Assembly: GCA_039973685.1 (NCBI GenBank)
Contig: JBDWKL010000043.1
Coordinates: 207,749-271,748 of the forward strand
Source: Hyphomicrobiales bacterium
GTDB taxonomy: Bacteria > Pseudomonadota > Alphaproteobacteria > Rhizobiales > JACESI01
Direction: 5' to 3'
DNA: 64,000 nt
Below are positions 1 to 9,371 of the stretch, one piece after another; position 1 is the first letter of the stretch; every line of letters begins with the position of its first letter. The notes beneath the pieces were generated by a model. The model saw nothing but the letters and a program-made list of their open reading frames with translations. It was not told the origin of the DNA and did no database searches. The translations under genes were made by a program, and so were the position numbers.

Positions 1-1
1 A

Positions 2-1708
2 AATTATGTAAGCGATACAGAACGCCAAGCGCTCGCTCTTGTGGGTGCTGGCGACATTGTATGGGACTGGAATATTCAACGCGACCGGATCACGACAGCT
101 GGCAAGGTTGAAAAGGTTCTGGGCCTTAAGCCGAACAGTCTTGAAGGCCCTGCCCGTGTTTGGTTGCAAGCCTTGCACCCTGCAGACCGAGATCGGTTTA
201 AAGCAACGCTCGATGCGATCATAAAATATAAGCGCGGCAAAATCGGACAAGATTTTAGATTGCGCGCTGAAGATGGCAATTTCCGCTCGTTCAAATTGCG
301 CGCTCGCCCAATCGTCGGCCCTGATGGTGAAGTGGCACGTTGTGTCGGCACGATGTTGGACGTTACAGACCGTCGCATGGCGCAAGAGCGTATGCTCCAC
401 GATGCCGTTCATGACAATCTAACAGGCCTTGCAAATCGCACCTTGTTTATCGACCGTATCAACACAGCCCTTACCAATGCCAGCGTATCAGGTGCAAGCA
501 AACCGGCCGTATTCATCATAGATATTGACCGCTTCCAGCAGGTCAATGATAGCCTCGGCATCTCAGTGGGTGACAGCATCATTATCGCGATTACCCGCCG
601 GTTATCACGCCTGACCAAACCACAAGACAGCCTTGCCCGTTTAAGTGGCGACCAATTTGGTCTTCTGCTTCTATCTGAACACGATGCTGAACGCATTGCA
701 GCCTTCGCAGACGGCCTTCGTCGCGCCATCAAAGCGCCTATTGCCTTTGGTGAGGAAGAAGTCTTCTTATCCACCTCAATTGGCATCGCCATGTATGATG
801 GCCAATATCAACAAAACGAAGATATTCTAAACGACGCAGAACTTGCCATGTTGCAAGCAAAGCGCGCGGGCGGCGACCGCATCGAAGCCTTCAGACCGAT
901 CTTCCGCAACCTTAAAAACAACCCGCTTTCTCTCGAGAACGACCTGCGCCGTGCCATTGAACGCGATGAACTCAGCGTTCACTATCAACCAATCGTGCGG
1001 CTTGCAGACAAATCAATTGCTGGTTTTGAGGCGCTGCTTCGCTGGAAGAATGCAAAGCGTGGCGATGTACCTGCCGCAGAGTTCATTCCGGTCGCAGAAC
1101 AATCTGGCCTGATTATTCCAATCGGTCTTTTCGTGCTGGATGAAGCAGCAAAGCAATTGTCTAAATGGCAAGATATGATGGGCGGTAATTATCCGTTATT
1201 CGTCAGCGTCAATGTTTCAAGCAGACAATTGTTGCGCCATGACCTCATCAATGATGTCAAAGCCGTTCTTTCCAGAAATTCCTTCCTGCCCGGTACTTTG
1301 AAACTAGAAGTGACCGAAAGCTTGATGATGGAAAACCCAGAGCACTCATCACAAGTTTTAGAGCGCGTAAAAGAACTTGGCGCGGGCCTTTCCCTTGATG
1401 ATTTTGGGACTGGATATTCATCACTCGCCTACTTGCAGCGCTTCCCATTTGATACCATCAAAATTGACCGTTCGTTCGTTCATGGAGATGATGATAATCA
1501 GCGCCCTGTCATTTTAAAATCAATCGTTGCGATGGCCCATGATTTAAAAATGAATGTCATCGCGGAAGGTGCTGAATCTGAAGACGATGTGGCAACGCTC
1601 TACAAATTGAAATGCCAATTTGCGCAGGGCTATCATTTTTCTCTGCCTTTACCGGCAGATGAAGCCGAGAAAATGCTTCGCCGTACGATGCCAGAAGCGG
1701 CACACTAA
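2..1708 (+). CDS. PAS-GGDEF-EAL signalling protein (c-di-GMP phosphodiesterase type), 5' end outside the window
   Basis: The reading frame stays open to the window edge, with no stop upstream of the listed start at 41. It has a PAS-like N-terminal part. The GGDEF domain carries a degenerate SGDQF signature. The EAL domain has EALLRW, DDFGTGYSSL, KIDRSF and EGAE motifs. Confidence 0.9.
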   Translation, partial: NYVSDTERQALALVGAGDIVWDWNIQRDRITTAGKVEKVLGLKPNSLEGPARVWLQALHPADRDRFKATLDAIIKYKRGKIGQDFRLRAEDGNFRSFKLRARPIVGPDGEVARCVGTMLDVTDRRMAQERMLHDAVHDNLTGLANRTLFIDRINTALTNASVSGASKPAVFIIDIDRFQQVNDSLGISVGDSIIIAITRRLSRLTKPQDSLARLSGDQFGLLLLSEHDAERIAAFADGLRRAIKAPIAFGEEEVFLSTSIGIAMYDGQYQQNEDILNDAELAMLQAKRAGGDRIEAFRPIFRNLKNNPLSLENDLRRAIERDELSVHYQPIVRLADKSIAGFEALLRWKNAKRGDVPAAEFIPVAEQSGLIIPIGLFVLDEAAKQLSKWQDMMGGNYPLFVSVNVSSRQLLRHDLINDVKAVLSRNSFLPGTLKLEVTESLMMENPEHSSQVLERVKELGAGLSLDDFGTGYSSLAYLQRFPFDTIKIDRSFVHGDDDNQRPVILKSIVAMAHDLKMNVIAEGAESEDDVATLYKLKCQFAQGYHFSLPLPADEAEKMLRRTMPEAAH

Positions 1709-1787
1709 GAACCGACCACACAGTATTTTATGTATGCCTTCACCATCTTAAACAACGAATTGTTGTAATTGGTACGTGATTTTTTCC

Positions 1788-1802
1788 CTTACATTATGTA
1801 AG
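1788..1802. promoter_or_regulatory. Perfect 15-bp palindrome CTTACAT-T-ATGTAAG upstream of ispH
   Basis: Read directly from the sequence. It lies about 97 nt upstream of the ispH ATG in the 190-bp intergenic region. Confidence 0.35.
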
Positions 1803-1898
1803 AAGAAGCACGATATGGTTTGTTGACGAACGACCCTACTAAACCACCTAGTGGAAATTGCCGGCGTTAACGCCGTGATTGGGAAAACTGAGAGACTC

Positions 1899-2864
1899 AT
1901 GAGCGACCAAAAGAAAACACTCAAAGTGAAAATGTGTGCCCCGCGCGGGTTTTGTGCTGGCGTAGACCGCGCAATTCAAATCGTCGAAATTGCCATTGAA
2001 CGCTACGGAGCACCTGTCTATGTGCGCCACGAAATCGTTCACAACAAATATGTTGTCGAAAGCCTAAAGCAAAAGGGCGCTGTTTTCGTTGAAGAACTTC
2101 ACGAAATTCCTGAAACAAATCAACCTGTGATCTTTTCAGCCCACGGCGTACCAAAATCAGTGCCGGAAGACGCATCAACACGCAACATGTTCTACCTTGA
2201 TGCGACGTGTCCCCTTGTTTCTAAAGTACACCGTGAAGCAGAAATTCATTTCAAAAAAGGTCGCCACATTCTTCTTGTCGGTCATGAAGGCCACCCAGAA
2301 GTTGTTGGTACAATGGGCCAACTTCCTGATGGTTCAATTGAGCTGATCGAAACAGAAGAATCCGCACGCACCTATCAACCTAAAAACGACAACGAGCTTG
2401 CTTGGATTACTCAAACAACGCTATCGCTTGATGACACTGCAGAGATTGTCCGTATTTTGCAGGAACGCTTCCCAGAAATTCACGGCCCACATAAAGACGA
2501 CATTTGTTATGCAACAACCAATCGTCAACATGCGGTGAAACCTGTTGCTGCAGAAGTGGACGCGATGATCGTTGTTGGTGCACCCAACTCATCAAACTCT
2601 CAACGCCTTCGCGAAGTCGCGGAACGGGCGGGTTGTGCGAAATCTTATTTGGTTCAACGCGCGACAGAGATTGCATGGGACGAAATTGGAGAGATCCAGT
2701 CTCTTGGCGTAACTGCAGGTGCATCAGCGCCAGAAGTTTTGGTAGAAGAAGTTCTTGATGCCTTTTCAGCCCGCTATGAACTCGAAATTGAAATTATCGA
2801 CACCATCAAAGAAGATGTCGTTTTCAATCTACCGAGAGAGTTGCGCGCGCCCGCTGCTCAATAA
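1899..2864 (+). CDS. ispH: 4-hydroxy-3-methylbut-2-enyl diphosphate reductase
   Basis: LytB/IspH-type N-terminus ([16 protein letters not shown]) with full-length similarity. I prefer the ATG at 1899 over the listed alternative start at 1851. Confidence 0.93.
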   Translation: MSDQKKTLKVKMCAPRGFCAGVDRAIQIVEIAIERYGAPVYVRHEIVHNKYVVESLKQKGAVFVEELHEIPETNQPVIFSAHGVPKSVPEDASTRNMFYLDATCPLVSKVHREAEIHFKKGRHILLVGHEGHPEVVGTMGQLPDGSIELIETEESARTYQPKNDNELAWITQTTLSLDDTAEIVRILQERFPEIHGPHKDDICYATTNRQHAVKPVAAEVDAMIVVGAPNSSNSQRLREVAERAGCAKSYLVQRATEIAWDEIGEIQSLGVTAGASAPEVLVEEVLDAFSARYELEIEIIDTIKEDVVFNLPRELRAPAAQ

Positions 2865-2866
2865 AC

Positions 2867-3826
2867 ATGGCAGTCTATACCGAAGTTTCAGATCACGCGC
2901 TGGAAGCCTTTCTGCGCCATTATGACATTGGCGACCTTGTGTCTTTTAAAGGCATTGCTGAAGGCGTGGAGAACTCCAACTATCTGCTGCGCACAGATCA
3001 AGCTAGTTTCATTCTAACCCTTTATGAAAAACGCGTGGATGCCAATGATCTGCCGTTTTTCTTAGGCCTGATGAAGCACCTTGAAGGTCGCGGTCTTTCC
3101 TGCCCAACACCTTGCACTCAAAAGAACGGCGAAAGTCTTGGCATCCTTGCCAAGCGACCTGCTGCAATTTTCACCTTTCTTGATGGCTTCTCCGTCTCCA
3201 AACCAACTCCACATCATTGTGGTGAACTTGGCCGTGTCTTGGCTGAATTCCATTTGGCGGGAGAAGGTTTTGATATGCCAAGACCCAACGCACTCAGTGT
3301 GAAGAATTGGCGGCCACTGTTTGAGCTTTCAAAGTCTCGCGCCGATAGTGTGCAAGCTGGGCTTGAGAACGACATTTCAACGATGCTGGCGGATTTGGAA
3401 GCCAATTGGCCGACCAATCTTAAACGCGGCATCATCCACGCTGATCTATTTCCAGACAATGTCTTCTTTTTGAAAGATCAATTGTCTGGTCTGATCGACT
3501 TTTATTTCGCATGCAATGACATGCTTGCTTACGATATAGCGATCTGTCTCAACGCATGGTGTTTTGAACCAGACCTTTCGTTCAACATCACCAAGGCGAA
3601 GGCCTTAATGCGTGGGTATGAGAAAGTGCGAAAACTGGACGCCGATGAGAAGGAAGCAATGCCTTTGCTTGCTCGTGGTGCTGCCTTGCGCTTTTTGCTG
3701 ACCCGCCTTTATGACTGGTTAGAAGTGCCAGCCGATGCGCTTGTCACCCCGCACAACCCTTTGGAATATTGGCGCAAGATGCGTTTCCATAGCAGCGTGA
3801 AAAGTGCTGCCGAATACGGACTATAA
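2867..3826 (+). CDS. thrB: Homoserine kinase, APH-fold (ThrB type II)
   Basis: The N-terminus [24 protein letters not shown] and the [12 protein letters not shown] kinase motif are typical of proteobacterial ThrB. It starts 2 nt after the ispH stop. Confidence 0.9.
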   Translation: MAVYTEVSDHALEAFLRHYDIGDLVSFKGIAEGVENSNYLLRTDQASFILTLYEKRVDANDLPFFLGLMKHLEGRGLSCPTPCTQKNGESLGILAKRPAAIFTFLDGFSVSKPTPHHCGELGRVLAEFHLAGEGFDMPRPNALSVKNWRPLFELSKSRADSVQAGLENDISTMLADLEANWPTNLKRGIIHADLFPDNVFFLKDQLSGLIDFYFACNDMLAYDIAICLNAWCFEPDLSFNITKAKALMRGYEKVRKLDADEKEAMPLLARGAALRFLLTRLYDWLEVPADALVTPHNPLEYWRKMRFHSSVKSAAEYGL

Positions 3827-3831
3827 AACCC

Positions 3832-4287
3832 ATGACTACCGCAACAAAAAAAGAAGTCACCATCTACACAGACGGTGCATGCTCCGGTAATCCTGGCCCC
3901 GGCGGATGGGGTGCAATCATGCGTTTTGGCGAGCATGAAAAAGAATTAAACGGCGGTGAGTTTGAGACCACCAACAATAAGATGGAACTGACGGCAGCTA
4001 TCGAATCTCTCAATGCGCTGAAGGAACCTTGCATTGTAAACCTTCACACCGATTCTCAATATGTGAAGGGTGGCATCACAGGTTGGATTGAAGGCTGGAA
4101 GCGCAATGGCTGGAAGACGGCCGCCAAAAAGCCTGTAAAGAATGAAGAGCTATGGCGCGCGCTGGAAATTGCGCGCGACCGCCACAATGTTAGTTGGCAC
4201 TGGGTAAAGGGCCATGCAGGCCATCCCGATAATGAGCGGGCCGATGAATTGGCCCGCCAAGGGATGGAACCTTACAAAAACACGTAA
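3832..4287 (+). CDS. rnhA: Ribonuclease HI
   Basis: [19 protein letters not shown] and the C-terminal [20 protein letters not shown] are canonical RNase H motifs. Confidence 0.95.
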   Translation: MTTATKKEVTIYTDGACSGNPGPGGWGAIMRFGEHEKELNGGEFETTNNKMELTAAIESLNALKEPCIVNLHTDSQYVKGGITGWIEGWKRNGWKTAAKKPVKNEELWRALEIARDRHNVSWHWVKGHAGHPDNERADELARQGMEPYKNT

Positions 4288-4298
4288 TTGCTCAGCTC

Positions 4299-4784
4299 TT
4301 AAAGAGCTTCGAGCAATGCCGCCGCACCAGAAGCCGTTGCCTCTTTCGGGCTGTCTTCCACATTAAGGTGCGTTACTTTGCCGTCGTCTATCACCATGGA
4401 ATAACGCGCTGAACGCACGCCCATGCCAAAATCAGACAGATCGAGATCCATACCGATGGCTTTTGAAAAGTGAGCCGCACCATCTGCAAGAAAATGGATT
4501 TTGCCGCTACCACCCGTCGCAATCGCCCACTGTTCCATCACGAACGGGTCGTTGACGGATACAACCGCCACTGCATCGACACCCTTCTCGGTGAAAGAAG
4601 CGAGGTTATCAAGGAAACCTGGCAAGTGATTGCCGTGGCATGTTGGTGTGAAAGCTCCTGGAACGCCAAAAACTACAACCTTTTTGCCTGCACCAAATTC
4701 ATTGAGGTTAAATGGGCCCGGGCCATCATCCGTCATGATTGCAAAATTTGCTTCCGGAAGTGTGTCACCAATTGAAATGGCCAT
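4299..4784 (-). CDS. Peroxiredoxin (Prx5-like, atypical 2-Cys/1-Cys)
   Basis: It has the PGAFTPTC peroxidatic-Cys motif and a size of about 160 aa. I prefer the start at MAISIGDTLPE (4784) over 4820. Confidence 0.88.
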   Translation of the reverse strand: MAISIGDTLPEANFAIMTDDGPGPFNLNEFGAGKKVVVFGVPGAFTPTCHGNHLPGFLDNLASFTEKGVDAVAVVSVNDPFVMEQWAIATGGSGKIHFLADGAAHFSKAIGMDLDLSDFGMGVRSARYSMVIDDGKVTHLNVEDSPKEATASGAAALLEAL

Positions 4785-4869
4785 GTTTTTTGCTCCAAAA
4801 ATGAGTATGTGTTGGCGCACAGCTTAGCACGCTCAACGAGGTCTAACACAAGTTTTTTGTGTCTCAGTT

Positions 4870-5694
4870 TTAGTTTAGAGCAATGGTTTGATCGAGCGCT
4901 TCGCCATCTGCGATGATTGTAAGACGCAAGGCTTCATCGCCTTTCAAACTGTCTTTTATAGCGCGGTAAAGAGGTACCCGCACCTTCTGTGTGCCAGCAT
5001 CGCCCGCAACAGTCATGGGAATATTCAACGGCTCAAAGTACCAATCTTCCGGTCCTTCAACTAGAACAACCAACTTTTCAACGTTCTTGCTCAGCTGAAC
5101 CTGCAAATCAACATACTCGTTGTCGCCCTCAGTTAAGTGAGCAGCAGATTTAACCTGCAATCCTAGATCATCACTGGACACAGGCACTTGTGAAAGTGCT
5201 TCTTCGATCAACGCAAAGTTTGGTGTTTGTGGTTTGTTTGGTGACAGAAGCGTAGAAAAATTGACATCCACCGGCACACAGATTTCAGCACATACACCAA
5301 AGAAAATAGAGAGATTGAAATCCACCGATTGGTCGATATCTTCGGGCTTCATTGCAAACGGTAAAAGCACTCGTTTCTTATAACCAACGCCCTTGCCCGA
5401 CCCATCTTTAAACACTTGTGGTGCAGGCCATGAAACTTTGAAATTTTTCAAATTGCTTGAATTTTTGACATCAAAAAGGGGTGGGATACCGTTTCCACCT
5501 GGCTGGCGCCAATAGGTCTTCCAACCGTCTTCCAGTTCCACTTCGAAGCCACCATGATAGTGGCCATCATCCGCCATAGCGCCCATGATCAACCGTGCTT
5601 TATGGCCAAGGCCAGATGTCCACGGCGTCGTCTCAGCATGGCTTGTGCCTGCGAAAAACATTGTCACCAAAAGGGCTGTAATTAGTCGTTTCAT
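4870..5694 (-). CDS. Periplasmic protein with DsbD N-terminal-like (thiol:disulfide interchange) domain
   Basis: It has a signal peptide (MKRLITALLVTMFFAGTSHA). The WKTYWRQPG motif and the Cys pair GVCAEICVP are typical of DsbD-alpha/ScsB-like domains. Confidence 0.7.
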   Translation of the reverse strand: MKRLITALLVTMFFAGTSHAETTPWTSGLGHKARLIMGAMADDGHYHGGFEVELEDGWKTYWRQPGGNGIPPLFDVKNSSNLKNFKVSWPAPQVFKDGSGKGVGYKKRVLLPFAMKPEDIDQSVDFNLSIFFGVCAEICVPVDVNFSTLLSPNKPQTPNFALIEEALSQVPVSSDDLGLQVKSAAHLTEGDNEYVDLQVQLSKNVEKLVVLVEGPEDWYFEPLNIPMTVAGDAGTQKVRVPLYRAIKDSLKGDEALRLTIIADGEALDQTIALN

Positions 5695-5855
5695 AGAGGA
5701 GGTATCTTTGATATTCGAGCGCGGAAAACCTAAATTTCAGTGACCATATTACCAAAAGGAAGATAACACGCTATAAACGTAAGCGTGAGCGAGTTAACAT
5801 TGCCGTGATTAATTACCCTAATTGGTTTTTGAAAAGCGATAGACGCCACCACCCA

Positions 5856-6506
5856 ATGGCTGCTAACGTTATTGAAAATCCAACCGTAAAAATGAGCCAG
5901 TCCAAAGCCATGACATCCGAGCAGAATTTCACGTCTTTAAAGGGACATGTACTGATTGCGATGCCTGATATGGATGATAGCCGATTTAGAAAATCCGTTA
6001 TCTATATTTGCGATCACACGGCAAAGGGAACAATGGGTATTGTCGTCAATCGCCCCATGAATTCCCTGTCATTTGTAGACCTTTTGCAACAGGTCAATAT
6101 TTTGGAAGAAGAAAACGCTGTTCTATTGCCAAGTGCGGCAAGCGGCATTTCAATTCACAAAGGTGGCCCTGTCGAAACGGGTCGTGGCTTTGTGCTTCAT
6201 TCAAGCGATTATCATTTAGAAGATTTGACCGTTCGAATTGACGACGAGGTTAGCCTGACAGAGACGCTGGAAATCTTGAAAGCATTGGCGCGAGGCGAAG
6301 GGCCGGAGAAAGCCTTTATCGCGTTGGGCTATGCGGGATGGACTGGCGGACAACTAGAAGATGAAATACTGAGCAATGGCTGGCTGCATGGCCCAAGCAC
6401 GCCTGAAATTATCTTTGGCGACAATTTAGACGCGAAATATGATGCAGCTCTTGCTGAAATTGGCGTTGACCCTGCCCTCTTATCCAGCAGTGCTGGCCAC
6501 GCTTAA
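5856..6506 (+). CDS. YqgE/AlgH family protein (UPF0301)
   Basis: GHVLIAMPDMDDSRFRKSVIYICDHTAKGTMGIVVNRP is the family signature. The start is uncertain: 5805, 5856 or 5892. Confidence 0.85.
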   Translation: MAANVIENPTVKMSQSKAMTSEQNFTSLKGHVLIAMPDMDDSRFRKSVIYICDHTAKGTMGIVVNRPMNSLSFVDLLQQVNILEEENAVLLPSAASGISIHKGGPVETGRGFVLHSSDYHLEDLTVRIDDEVSLTETLEILKALARGEGPEKAFIALGYAGWTGGQLEDEILSNGWLHGPSTPEIIFGDNLDAKYDAALAEIGVDPALLSSSAGHA

Positions 6507-7273
6507 GCGGACGCTTTAAACCGCGACCAAGCCAAAGCCATATAAACACCAATTAATGTCAGCGCCAATCCGTACCACGTAACCGCATAGCCTAGATGGT
6601 TGTTTGGAAACTCGACAATCGTCACGCCGCCAATTGGTAGGCGGTTATTATCTTGTTTGTCTTCGTAGATGAAAACTGGCGATGTTGTTTGCTTATCAAG
6701 CGCCGCCATCTCCGTCATGTCATCCATGCTGCGCCAAAAGAAGATGTTGGTCTTAAGGTCATTGTCTGGAAGAAACCGGTTTGGTTTATCTACATCTGGG
6801 AACCGAACCAGCCCTGTCACATCCACTTCACCACTGGGTTGGCTGTTTGCACGGGTCGATCCCAATTTTTGTTCTGTTGGTACAAACCCACGGTTGATCA
6901 AGACGACGTTGTTAGAACCGCTGAGGGTCAAAGGCGTATAAACATGAAAGCCAGCGTCACCGTCCAGCGTTGCGAAATAGAACATCTCCTTGGAATGATC
7001 CAATGTGCCGCGAACTGTGACGGGCTGATATTCCAATTTTCGCCGATCCGTCTTGATCTTGCCTGTAAACTGGCCTTCGATCGTTTCAAAAGGAACAGGG
7101 GCTGCTTTGATTTTGTTTTCTACATTCGTAATCAGCGCTTCTTTCCAGATAAGTCGTTTGACCTGCCAAGACCCAAGAATAATGAGAATGGACAAAGCGC
7201 CAAACGCAAAGACCGAAAGAAATGCGAAGCCGCGTGTGAATACGGGGTTTTTTATATCAGTCGTCATTCTCAT
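6503..7273 (-). CDS. SURF1 family cytochrome oxidase biogenesis protein
   Basis: Two terminal TM helices flank a periplasmic domain. The NHLGYAVTWYGLAL C-terminal motif is present. It is the last gene of the cta cluster. Confidence 0.88.
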   Translation of the reverse strand: MRMTTDIKNPVFTRGFAFLSVFAFGALSILIILGSWQVKRLIWKEALITNVENKIKAAPVPFETIEGQFTGKIKTDRRKLEYQPVTVRGTLDHSKEMFYFATLDGDAGFHVYTPLTLSGSNNVVLINRGFVPTEQKLGSTRANSQPSGEVDVTGLVRFPDVDKPNRFLPDNDLKTNIFFWRSMDDMTEMAALDKQTTSPVFIYEDKQDNNRLPIGGVTIVEFPNNHLGYAVTWYGLALTLIGVYMALAWSRFKASA

Positions 7274-7649
7274 TACTTTCTACAATGCGGCCTTCTCGCG
7301 CCTGATTTTGATATTGAAGCGCTACCATAATGCCTTTGAATGGACGTAGCAGAGCAAAACACAAAATCAAGATAGTCGGCGTCCATAAAACAGCGTGGAC
7401 CCAATATGGCGGTTCATAAGAAAGCTCAACATAAAGGAAGAGCGCGCCGACGATCATGCCGACCAGTAGGATTATGAAGATAGCTGGGCCATCACCCGCA
7501 TTGGCAAAGGCGAGATCAAGATTGCAGGCACGGCAGCGAGGTTTCACATTTAAAAACCCATCAAACAATTTTCCCTCACCACAACGCGGGCAACGGCAAG
7601 CAATGCCTGTCGCAAACGGTGATTGGGGTGGGTAATTGTTTGAGCTCAT
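7257..7649 (-). CDS. DUF983 family membrane protein
   Basis: It has a Zn-ribbon-like CPRCGEGKLF..CRACNLDL followed by two TM helices. I prefer the start at MSSNNYPP (7649), because the longer listed ORF translates the tandem repeat. Confidence 0.8.
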   Translation of the reverse strand: MSSNNYPPQSPFATGIACRCPRCGEGKLFDGFLNVKPRCRACNLDLAFANAGDGPAIFIILLVGMIVGALFLYVELSYEPPYWVHAVLWTPTILILCFALLRPFKGIMVALQYQNQAREGRIVESNENDD

Positions 7650-7662
7650 GCGGGTTCTTTCC

Positions 7663-7692
7663 AAGGTAAAAGGGCCAAAGGTAAAAGGGCCA
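7663..7692. repeat. Perfect 15-bp tandem duplication (AAGGTAAAAGGGCCA x2, plus a degenerate partial third copy)
   Basis: Read directly from the sequence. It lies between the ctaE terminator and the DUF983 start codon. Confidence 0.9.
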
Positions 7693-7695
7693 AAT

Positions 7696-7726
7696 GAAAA
7701 AGGGCGCGAATAACGCGCCCTTTTTA
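7696..7726 (-). terminator. Rho-independent terminator after ctaE (symmetrical A/T flanks)
   Basis: The stem is GGGCGCG-AATAA-CGCGCCC, flanked by an A-run and a T-run. It lies about 20 nt downstream of the ctaE stop. Confidence 0.75.
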
Positions 7727-7744
7727 AAGTGTATTCAATGGCAG

Positions 7745-8590
7745 CTAGTGTCCAATGGTGCCGCCAAAATTGCCCCATACATAGATGGCAGCAAAGAGGA
7801 AGAGCCATACCACATCAACAAAGTGCCAGTACCATGCAGCCGCTTCGAAGCCGAAGTGCTTTTCTACTGTCATGTGGCCTTTGTAGGCGCGGATCAAGCA
7901 AACCAACAAGAAGATGGTTCCAACGAATACGTGGAAGCCATGGAAGCCTGTCGCCATGAAGAAGGTGGCGCCGTAGATTGAATCAGCAAAACCAAATGGT
8001 GCTTCAACATATTCGTAAACCTGAACCGCTGAGAAAATCACGCCCAATATGACGGTGCAGATAAGACCAAGCTTCAAGCTGTCGCGGTCATTATGAAGAA
8101 GAGCATGGTGCGCCCATGTCACTGTTGTACCTGAAAGCAGCAAGATCACTGTGTTAAACAGTGGCAAATGCCAAGGGTCTAGAACCGTGAGATCTGCTGG
8201 AGGCCATACACCACCAGTGTGCTCAACACGAGAGAATTGAATTGCTTCATCAGCAAATAAGCTTGCATCAAAGAAAGCCCAGAACCATGCAACGAAGAAC
8301 ATAACTTCAGATGCGATGAACAAGATCATACCATAGCGAAGGTGCAGCTGCACAACCGGTGTGTGATCACCTTGATGCGATTCTTTAATCACATCGCTCC
8401 ACCAGCCAAACATGGTGTAAAGCACGATCAGCAAGCCGATGAGCATAACCCATATGGACCACATATCTTTCATCCAGAAAACAGCGCCAAACGCCATAAC
8501 CAGCGCGCCGATGCTGCCGACCAGCGGCCACGGGCTTGGATCGATAATGTGATAATCGTGATTTTTGGTTCCAGCCATTTTATACCTCAC
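7745..8590 (-). CDS. ctaE: Cytochrome c oxidase subunit III
   Basis: A seven-TM protein with typical CoxIII motifs ([32 protein letters not shown]). Confidence 0.95.
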   Translation of the reverse strand: MRYKMAGTKNHDYHIIDPSPWPLVGSIGALVMAFGAVFWMKDMWSIWVMLIGLLIVLYTMFGWWSDVIKESHQGDHTPVVQLHLRYGMILFIASEVMFFVAWFWAFFDASLFADEAIQFSRVEHTGGVWPPADLTVLDPWHLPLFNTVILLLSGTTVTWAHHALLHNDRDSLKLGLICTVILGVIFSAVQVYEYVEAPFGFADSIYGATFFMATGFHGFHVFVGTIFLLVCLIRAYKGHMTVEKHFGFEAAAWYWHFVDVVWLFLFAAIYVWGNFGGTIGH

Positions 8591-8614
8591 TTAGAAATAG
8601 GTCGCTCAGTGACA

Positions 8615-9220
8615 CTATTGAATTCGTTTTTCCTCGTTTTCCTTCAAGTTTGCAAGAGTTTCCTCATCAAGTTCACTCTTAAAAAACGTATAGGAAAGGG
8701 TGATAGTTTCGACCTGATTGACGTCGGGATCGTTAACGTATTCAGGATCGATGAAAAAGATCACAGGCATGGTTTGCTTTTCACCTGGTTTCAAAACCTG
8801 ATCGGTGAAGCAGAAGCATTCCAGCTTGTTAAAATAAGCACCAGCACTTGGCGGTGAGACGTTGAAGGATGCTGTTGCGCCTGTTGGTATATGGGCAACG
8901 CTTGCAATTTGGTAATTGGCTTGTTCAGTCGCGCCAATCTTGACCTTCATTTTGGTGACCACTGGGTCAAATTCCCAAGCAAGACCAGAACCAACATTCG
9001 CGTCAAAGCGAACGGTTATCTCACGGTCGAGCACTTCAGTCGGCGCAACGTCCGCACGCTGGGTCGTGCCGCCATAACCTGTTACCTGACAGAAAATTTC
9101 ATAAAGGGGAACGGCTGCATAGGCCATGCCGACCATGCCTGTAACAAAGCAAACGCAAGCAATCGCAACCGTACGGTTGGCTGATTTCTTGGTATTGGTC
9201 TTGTCGTCGTGCACGTTCAT
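8615..9220 (-). CDS. ctaG: Cytochrome c oxidase assembly protein CtaG/Cox11
   Basis: It has an N-terminal TM anchor and the copper-binding CFCFT motif. Confidence 0.92.
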   Translation of the reverse strand: MNVHDDKTNTKKSANRTVAIACVCFVTGMVGMAYAAVPLYEIFCQVTGYGGTTQRADVAPTEVLDREITVRFDANVGSGLAWEFDPVVTKMKVKIGATEQANYQIASVAHIPTGATASFNVSPPSAGAYFNKLECFCFTDQVLKPGEKQTMPVIFFIDPEYVNDPDVNQVETITLSYTFFKSELDEETLANLKENEEKRIQ

Positions 9221-9227
9221 CTCACCC

Positions 9228-9362
9228 TTAAAATACGAATTTAAACCAAGTCACGGCATAAAACAGAACAACCAGCCCGCCAAGAACTGAGGCGATAGCA
9301 ATCGACCTTGCGCGGCGGCGTTTCTTTTCTTCATCCGTTAGTTTGACGAGTTCTTCAATCAT
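9228..9362 (-). CDS. 44-aa single-TM small protein between ctaB and ctaG (not in the ORF track)
   Basis: My manual translation is MIEELVKLTDEEKKRRRARSIAIASVLGGLVVLFYAVTWFKFVF. It runs from ATG at 9362 to TAA at 9228-9230. It fits exactly into the gap between ctaB and ctaG on the same strand, with a charged head followed by a hydrophobic helix. Confidence 0.6.
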   Translation of the reverse strand: MIEELVKLTDEEKKRRRARSIAIASVLGGLVVLFYAVTWFKFVF

Positions 9363-9371
9363 GGTTTTTTC

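Noticed and set aside
6653-7330. 225-aa plus-strand ORF (with 90-aa and 98-aa companions) antisense to SURF1.
   Set aside because: It is a shadow ORF opposite a well-supported gene. Its translation is Cys/Trp/Arg-rich with no family resemblance and no ribosome-binding context.
7650-7808. N-terminal extension of the DUF983 ORF (listed start 7808).
   Set aside because: The extension translates the 15-bp tandem repeat (FSFGPFTFGPFT), the ctaE terminator and the 3' end of ctaE. The DUF983 homology begins near MSSNNYPP at 7649.
8342-8857. 171-aa ORF antisense to ctaE/ctaG. Similar long antisense ORFs occur at 13665-14207, 21471-22019, 30832-31323 and 43591-44070.
   Set aside because: All lie opposite genes with unambiguous family motifs and have no recognisable domains. 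They are typical frame-shadow artefacts.
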